Below, in pieces: positions 59,801-64,000 of a DNA stretch of 64,000 nucleotides. Position 1 is the first letter of the stretch, and every line of letters begins with the position of its first letter. A program made the position numbers and the translations under genes. The notes under the pieces are model-generated. The model made no database searches. It was not told the DNA's origin and saw only the letters and a list, made by a program, of their open reading frames with translations. The stretch is taken from the NCBI GenBank assembly GCA_963717145.1, contig OY970325.1, positions 96,001 to 160,000 on the forward strand, given 5' to 3'. This stretch comes from an uncultured Armatimonadetes bacterium. Its GTDB lineage: Bacteria; Armatimonadota; UBA5829; DTJY01.

Positions 59801-60993
59801 AGAGGGTCAACCTCGAATGTCGACTTGGTGGGCGTGTAGGTCCCCACCGGGAAGCCCGGAGACAGCGTCCCGTCGTTAACGAAGGACTTGTCCTGAATGA
59901 CCAACGGGATTCCATAGCGGTATGGATCTCCAATGTTGGGCAGGACTTCACTATTGATCAGGTTCTCCTCGGCCTGGTCGGTCAGTACGAATCCCGCCGC
60001 CTCGCCGCAATAGACGTTCAGACGGGTGATGCCGTACGCGTGGTCGTGATAGAACATCAAACGGGCTGACTGCCCGTTGGTCCAGTAGAAGTTCATCGCG
60101 CCCGGGCCGGGATCCGGCATATCCGGGACGTTCGTGGTAGCCACGCCTTTGGGATAGGCGGTCATCTCCATCGCCGGCGCGGTCCATTGATGTGGTGTTC
60201 CGTCGCTGATCCACGGGCTCAGTCCGCCGTGCAGGTGCAAGGTGGCACGGTTCTGGGTGTAGGGCTCCATCATGTTCGGCATTCCGGGCATCGCCAACGG
60301 GCCCATTCCTGATCCCATGATGGTAGTGTCAACAGGTATGAATAAGTTCCCTCCGGCGCCGTCGGGAAGCATGTTGACGAACTTCACGCGGACTGGCCGG
60401 TCTCTCTGGGCGACGATCACCGGCCCCAGATAGTGCGGTACCGGATCTCCGCCATTGAGTTGCACGTAACCGCGCAGCTTAGTGCCGCCGGTCGCGTTGG
60501 GATCCATCTTGTCGCCGACGACTTCGGGAAGGTCGGAGTGCATCTGCTCGCGGTATTGGACGACCGCGATCTCGTAGTAATCGGACCCAGGATAGGTGTC
60601 CTTATCCGCTACGGCTATCGGGATGTACTGCCCGAGGTTGTTGTGGGCCGCTGCGGTTAAGCCCGGCAGGCCGTCCACGAACTTCCTCAGGTTCGGACTG
60701 TACGACCAGTTTGGCTTGGTGATATCGACATCAGGGTGGATTCCCTGAGGAGGCTGAGTCATCACGAGAGGCGCCATCAGCACTTGTGCAGCGGTCTTCT
60801 GCTGAGGCTTCTGCAGGTCCTGCCATGCTTTGAGACGCTGATTGGCCTCTTGCCTCCTCTGGGCAGCAGGTTTCATCGTCTCCTCGCGCATCAATTGCGT
60901 GTTTGCTGTCGACTGGGCACAACCCTGGCTAATCCCCCAGGCCAGGATGATGAGCACCAGTCCAAGCCGCACCATCCATCTGCGCGTGTTCAT
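56845..60993 (-). CDS. Very large secreted multicopper oxidase with a Gly-rich insertion and three C-terminal fibronectin type III domains
   Basis: All four Cu motifs (HLHGG, FYHDH, HAVHFH, WHCHLLGHEENDMM); W.DN..NE.GF...R...Y.YRV.A.N repeats; signal peptide. Confidence 0.9.
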   Translation of the reverse strand: MNTRRWMVRLGLVLIILAWGISQGCAQSTANTQLMREETMKPAAQRRQEANQRLKAWQDLQKPQQKTAAQVLMAPLVMTQPPQGIHPDVDITKPNWSYSPNLRKFVDGLPGLTAAAHNNLGQYIPIAVADKDTYPGSDYYEIAVVQYREQMHSDLPEVVGDKMDPNATGGTKLRGYVQLNGGDPVPHYLGPVIVAQRDRPVRVKFVNMLPDGAGGNLFIPVDTTIMGSGMGPLAMPGMPNMMEPYTQNRATLHLHGGLSPWISDGTPHQWTAPAMEMTAYPKGVATTNVPDMPDPGPGAMNFYWTNGQSARLMFYHDHAYGITRLNVYCGEAAGFVLTDQAEENLINSEVLPNIGDPYRYGIPLVIQDKSFVNDGTLSPGFPVGTYTPTKSTFEVDPLWYKHIQGSSKGDLWFPHEYLPNENMFDGTGFWPMGRWDYGPWIMPPMFPMVDVLPSPSHVPEAFMDTPVVNGTPFPYVELPATVVRLRILNACNDRMLNLQLYEALSDTSDPDYFAISDGPYSWGTEVKMVPAAPRNDFPDWPRDGRDGGVPDPLTAGPDMLQIGNEGGFLEQVAVIPAQALNYDYDRTSATFGSVSNVALFLPPAVRADVLVDLRGYNDGDTLILYNDAPAPIPLYDARYDIFTNDPGDRLFKGGVPQIPPGYGPNTRTVMQIRIKGTLPAPANFGTLGTALPQAFAAGQDPHPVPAGIYAAVADETLNISGQAKPISRIMTELPGVGYITPPKVTFYGSPGTVITPAVAVATLNGISGATLTAGGANYVSAPAVQFSGGGGTGAAAQAIVSGGVVTAIVMTNLGSNYTTAPIITLNGGGGTGATALANLSLGTVGSLVIQNPGMYTKAPHIYLTGGGGSGAKAIAMLQGDMVLDGKAIVEGMDMEFGRMNAVLGSIPNVLTPTVGAGPVPGMSFYIDPPTEILNPDELRLWRLTHIGVDSHAVHFHLFEVQVINRVDWTNTISPPYPEELGWKETIRTNPFEDIIFALRPKVSAMRLPFGIPNSVRLLDPTMPAGSIGHFQPVLPPIGVPAVAQITNVPTDFGWEYVWHCHLLGHEENDMMRPIVFRVPSTLPAAFNMSAVGTQTQCTLTWTDTTPFDYTTGLPTSTLGNPANEIGFTVQRAPGTSGGTFTDIGKALANWTTFDDTSVTPGQWYRYRIVAYNAAGSRTSNTVTLSAGPAPPTAPTTLAATLQAGPQVLLAWRDNATNETGFEVERADNGGAFVTIASPGPRANTGTTNFTDTAVAIGNSYVYRVRAMNGLAGSAYTNQVTVNVVAPPNPPSGLTATATRNTRSSSQDTVRLNWVDNSNNETGFTIQRATNAAFTGATSYNVGANTTTYSQTTSRGVTYYYQVRANNSGGPSGWSLPASVLTP

Positions 60994-61329
60994 TCGGGTG
61001 TCTCCTTTCAATAACGGTCCCGCGTCGACCATCTCGCGGCAACGCATTCGCTCCTCTGCACGAGTCTCTGCGGAAAGCGGGGCGGTTCGAAACGTGTGCT
61101 CTTCGATCTGATCGGCTGGGCCTTTGCGAATTTCACCCCCCGTTTACCCTTAGGGAGCGCGTTCCTAAACGCCCACAAAAAGCGATCTTTCAGACAGCGG
61201 CTATTGGTTAAGGCCATACATGTCTGCAAGACGATCTAGCAAGCGATGAGCACACATGTGAGGGTAAAATCGAGGATCGATGGGATGATAGCAGGAGGTA
61301 AAGCCAACGGCAGTATCGAAAAGAAATAC

Positions 61330-62304
61330 ATGCTGCCGAGAGAACGGGTCATCGAAACGATCGAGCATCGCAGGCCGGACCGCGTGCCGGTCTACGCATG
61401 GGTCCGCGCCAACCTGGAGGCGCAGATTACCGAGGCGTTCGGTTCAGTGGAGGCGTTCGAGGACCGGTACGAGTTCGACTTCGCCCATCTCTTCGGCGGC
61501 CCGGGGACCTATGACTCGAAGGCGATCCAGGCGCTCAGAGACGCATCCGGCGGAATGATCGAGCCGCCTGCCCTGCTCGATGTGCATCCCATTCCCCCGG
61601 ACGACCTGTCGGCGTACCAGGGGATCGTGGACGGCATCCGGCATCACAAGCAGGAGCGCGGGCGGTTTGTCTATGTGCAGACGCCCGGCTTCTTCGAGGC
61701 GATGAACGGAATCTTCGGCATCGAGAATCACCTCGCCTACCTGCTCCTCTATCCTGAGGAACTGCACGAGATCTACTCGCGCCAGGCCGAGTGGAACACC
61801 CGGTTCGCGATGAACTGCCTCGATCTCGGCGTCGATATGGTGCACGTCTCAGACGACTGGGGCGCTCAGAACTCGCTCATGTTCAGCCCGGAGGTCTGGC
61901 GGAACCTCATCTTCCCATACCACAAGCGGGTCGTCGATGTTGTGAAGAGCCGGGGCGCATATGTCAGCCTCCACACCGATGGCAACAACATGTCGGTGCT
62001 CGATGGGATCGTGGAGATCGGCTACGACGTGGTGCATCCGTTCCAGGAGTCGGCGGGGATGGACTACGGTGTCTACCGGTCGCGTTACATGGACAAGTTC
62101 ACGGTGATGGGCGGGCTCGACATCCAGACGACGATCGGCTTCGGGAAACTCGACCGGCTTCAGTCCGAGATCGAGCGGATGCTCACGATGTTCAAGGACG
62201 GCGGCCTGCTCTTCTGCACCACGCACTTCATCCAGGACCACTGCACAATCGAGGAACTGACCTTCGCCTTCGACTTCATCCACGACTTCGTGAGAAACTG
62301 CTAG
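61330..62304 (+). CDS. Uroporphyrinogen decarboxylase / MtaA-CmuA family protein
   Basis: MLPRERV...PDRVP, SDDWGAQ, LHTDG, MGGLDIQ. Confidence 0.85.
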   Translation: MLPRERVIETIEHRRPDRVPVYAWVRANLEAQITEAFGSVEAFEDRYEFDFAHLFGGPGTYDSKAIQALRDASGGMIEPPALLDVHPIPPDDLSAYQGIVDGIRHHKQERGRFVYVQTPGFFEAMNGIFGIENHLAYLLLYPEELHEIYSRQAEWNTRFAMNCLDLGVDMVHVSDDWGAQNSLMFSPEVWRNLIFPYHKRVVDVVKSRGAYVSLHTDGNNMSVLDGIVEIGYDVVHPFQESAGMDYGVYRSRYMDKFTVMGGLDIQTTIGFGKLDRLQSEIERMLTMFKDGGLLFCTTHFIQDHCTIEELTFAFDFIHDFVRNC

Positions 62305-62311
62305 GGCCGAG

Positions 62312-62650
62312 TCAGAGGGCATGGCCGAACGAGTGCACGACGTAGTACGCTACTACTACCAGGCAGCCCGCTATCACGGAAGCTACGAATACGACCAACA
62401 GCGTTCCGCCGCTGATCTTTCGGGCAGCTCTGGAGTTGGAGAGGATCACCCCTAGAGTGACGTATGTGACTAGCACGATGACCGCATGGGTTATCCAGTG
62501 GTGGCCGGTAAGGCCCTTCATCCAGGTCTTGATCCCAGCGTCTGATTCCTTCAATATCACAAGCAACGAGTTCAGCAACACGGTGATCGCAAGCGCAAGC
62601 CCGAATCCGGTGGCATGCCCGGCAACGGGTCTGTTCCCAGTGCTGCTCAT
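62312..62650 (-). CDS. Small 3-TM membrane protein with a GHHWITH motif
   Basis: ATGA overlap with the upstream gene; three hydrophobic segments. Confidence 0.7.
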   Translation of the reverse strand: MSSTGNRPVAGHATGFGLALAITVLLNSLLVILKESDAGIKTWMKGLTGHHWITHAVIVLVTYVTLGVILSNSRAARKISGGTLLVVFVASVIAGCLVVVAYYVVHSFGHAL

Positions 62651-63105
62651 GATGCCGCCCCCATCCTGACCGCCAGACTGACTATGAGCCCCGACTGCGC
62701 CATCGCCAACCCGAGCAATACAATAAGCCCGGCTGTAGCCATAGCAAGCATACGCAGGCTCTTGTTTCCAGTGATGGTCTGTCCCCTGACAACCACAGGC
62801 AGATATGTGGCCAGAAGTAGAAGTACCAGAAACAGATGCTCCTTCGCCTCCATGAATAACGAATGCGCCCACGGCCTGGCGCCGGCCAGCACCGCCATCT
62901 TGTCGGTGACGTAGAATGAAACGTACCAGTATCCGCCTGATATGAAAGCCAGCCAAACGAAGACCGCCGTCGCCACGCCGGCAATGAACACCCTTCTGCC
63001 GTTCTGCTCGCTGGCGTTCAGCAGCTCAGCCAAAGTCCACATTGCTGCTAATATGCAGACCAAGCCAAACATCACGTGAGCCGCGAGAATACCGTCTGCC
63101 TTCAT
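62647..63105 (-). CDS. 4-TM membrane protein with a PWAH...ME.KEH motif
   Basis: GGAGG RBS; four hydrophobic segments; His in or near TM1 and TM3. Confidence 0.72.
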   Translation of the reverse strand: MKADGILAAHVMFGLVCILAAMWTLAELLNASEQNGRRVFIAGVATAVFVWLAFISGGYWYVSFYVTDKMAVLAGARPWAHSLFMEAKEHLFLVLLLLATYLPVVVRGQTITGNKSLRMLAMATAGLIVLLGLAMAQSGLIVSLAVRMGAAS

Positions 63106-63329
63106 GACGATCCTCCGAATAGCCGCCGCACTGCGTATCGTGGCCAGGTTCAGTATACCATCTTCCTGATGACTGGGTTGGCGAAGCTCGACCTCGTGAG
63201 GATGCAGGGGTGGCGGGGGTGGGATCATCGAAGCTGGTCAGATACTAGAGCAACCAGGCCGTCCCATAAACAGGGACGGCCTGGGCAAGAACCGTTTGCT
63301 TCTCTAAGCCCACTTGCGTCAGTGAGTCC

Positions 63330-63998
63330 TCACAGTTTGCGGCGACGCACCATCCAGCCGGACATACCCAATAGTCCCGTGACAAGCGTCAGCAGGGCCG
63401 ATGGTTCCGGCACGGGCGCCAGGTTCACTGCGACCATATTTGCAGAGATGAAGTCTCCGAGTTCGTCGGTAGGATCGCCTATACCATCCCAGTTCGAGAG
63501 CGGTGCATGGTCCTCGGCCTTATATGCGCCAGTGTACTTGTAGAACTCGTAACGACGTATAACGGCCTCGGCGTTGTTGCCAACCGCTCCCCCATCTATC
63601 TCCGGAACCCCACCCTCAAGTAGCGCCCATTCTGTCTCGATCTCGACGCCGTCCTGAGGCACTATGCTGTCAGGGCCTGAGATGAGTTCTTCGAGGTCGA
63701 CTGGACGTTCCATTTCGATCACGAATACCTTCATCCATAGCGAATCGGGCAACTGCGGTTCTACTTCAACTGGTTCCGGAACCTGAACTACCGCCTGCAA
63801 GACCGGCGGATTGCCGGGGACCACGGCAGGAACATAGTTCCAGGTCGCCGTAGGTACGGACATCGGAGTCGTTCCGATTCTCTGTAACTGCTGGTCGAGC
63901 CAGAAGTACCGGGTGGCAGTCGGCTGCGATGTAACTGAGAACCCGAAGTGCTCGGCTCCCTTGATATTGACGGCGTAGTGTCCGTTGGTGTTTTGACC
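63330..63998 (-). CDS. PEP-CTERM surface protein (5' end outside the window)
   Basis: Frame open to the window edge; C-terminal VPEPSALLTLVTGLLGMSGWMVRRRKL. Confidence 0.88.
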   Translation of the reverse strand, partial: GQNTNGHYAVNIKGAEHFGFSVTSQPTATRYFWLDQQLQRIGTTPMSVPTATWNYVPAVVPGNPPVLQAVVQVPEPVEVEPQLPDSLWMKVFVIEMERPVDLEELISGPDSIVPQDGVEIETEWALLEGGVPEIDGGAVGNNAEAVIRRYEFYKYTGAYKAEDHAPLSNWDGIGDPTDELGDFISANMVAVNLAPVPEPSALLTLVTGLLGMSGWMVRRRKL

Positions 63999-64000
63999 GA

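Noticed and set aside
61000-61240. Riboswitch in the long leader of the multicopper oxidase
   Set aside because: Only short stems; no recognisable aptamer consensus or terminator.

Overview
GC-rich bacterial chromosome segment from a probable diderm anaerobe. The mix of PEP-CTERM proteins, a prepilin/H-X9-DG protein and expanded URO-D and MttB families suggests an Armatimonadota-like organism (inference only). Contents in order: (1) 0-4.5 kb, exosortase-target genes (one VPDSG-type, three PEP-CTERM) beside a truncated LuxR-like sensor gene. (2) An FAD oxidoreductase, a GT-C glycosyltransferase, an ATPase/putative nuclease pair and a GH39-like hydrolase. (3) 11.8-25.6 kb, a Rex-box-preceded [FeFe]-hydrogenase operon: regulatory genes, a sensory-type hydrogenase, two different NuoE/NuoF modules, one HydA, hydG and hydE. 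(4) fur-feoA-feoB plus a Cys-rich gene. (5) An ISKra4/ISLre2-type IS and a 176-bp MITE sharing its ends. (6) A minus-strand run: fused E1, hicAB, GH4, two MttB-family genes, URO-D, queG. (7) 46-64 kb, a metal-redox neighbourhood: NHL protein, ResB, a Cyc2-like cytochrome-porin that shares an operator motif with fur-feoAB, a very large FN3-bearing multicopper oxidase and a His-rich membrane pair. The window carries many palindromic repeat families, one inserted in frame in a gene, and a candidate ~120-nt ncRNA. Many single-base frameshifts, dense at 15.5-18.3 kb and 43.7-45.7 kb, look like sequencing or consensus errors. No CRISPR array, tRNA or rRNA was recognised.
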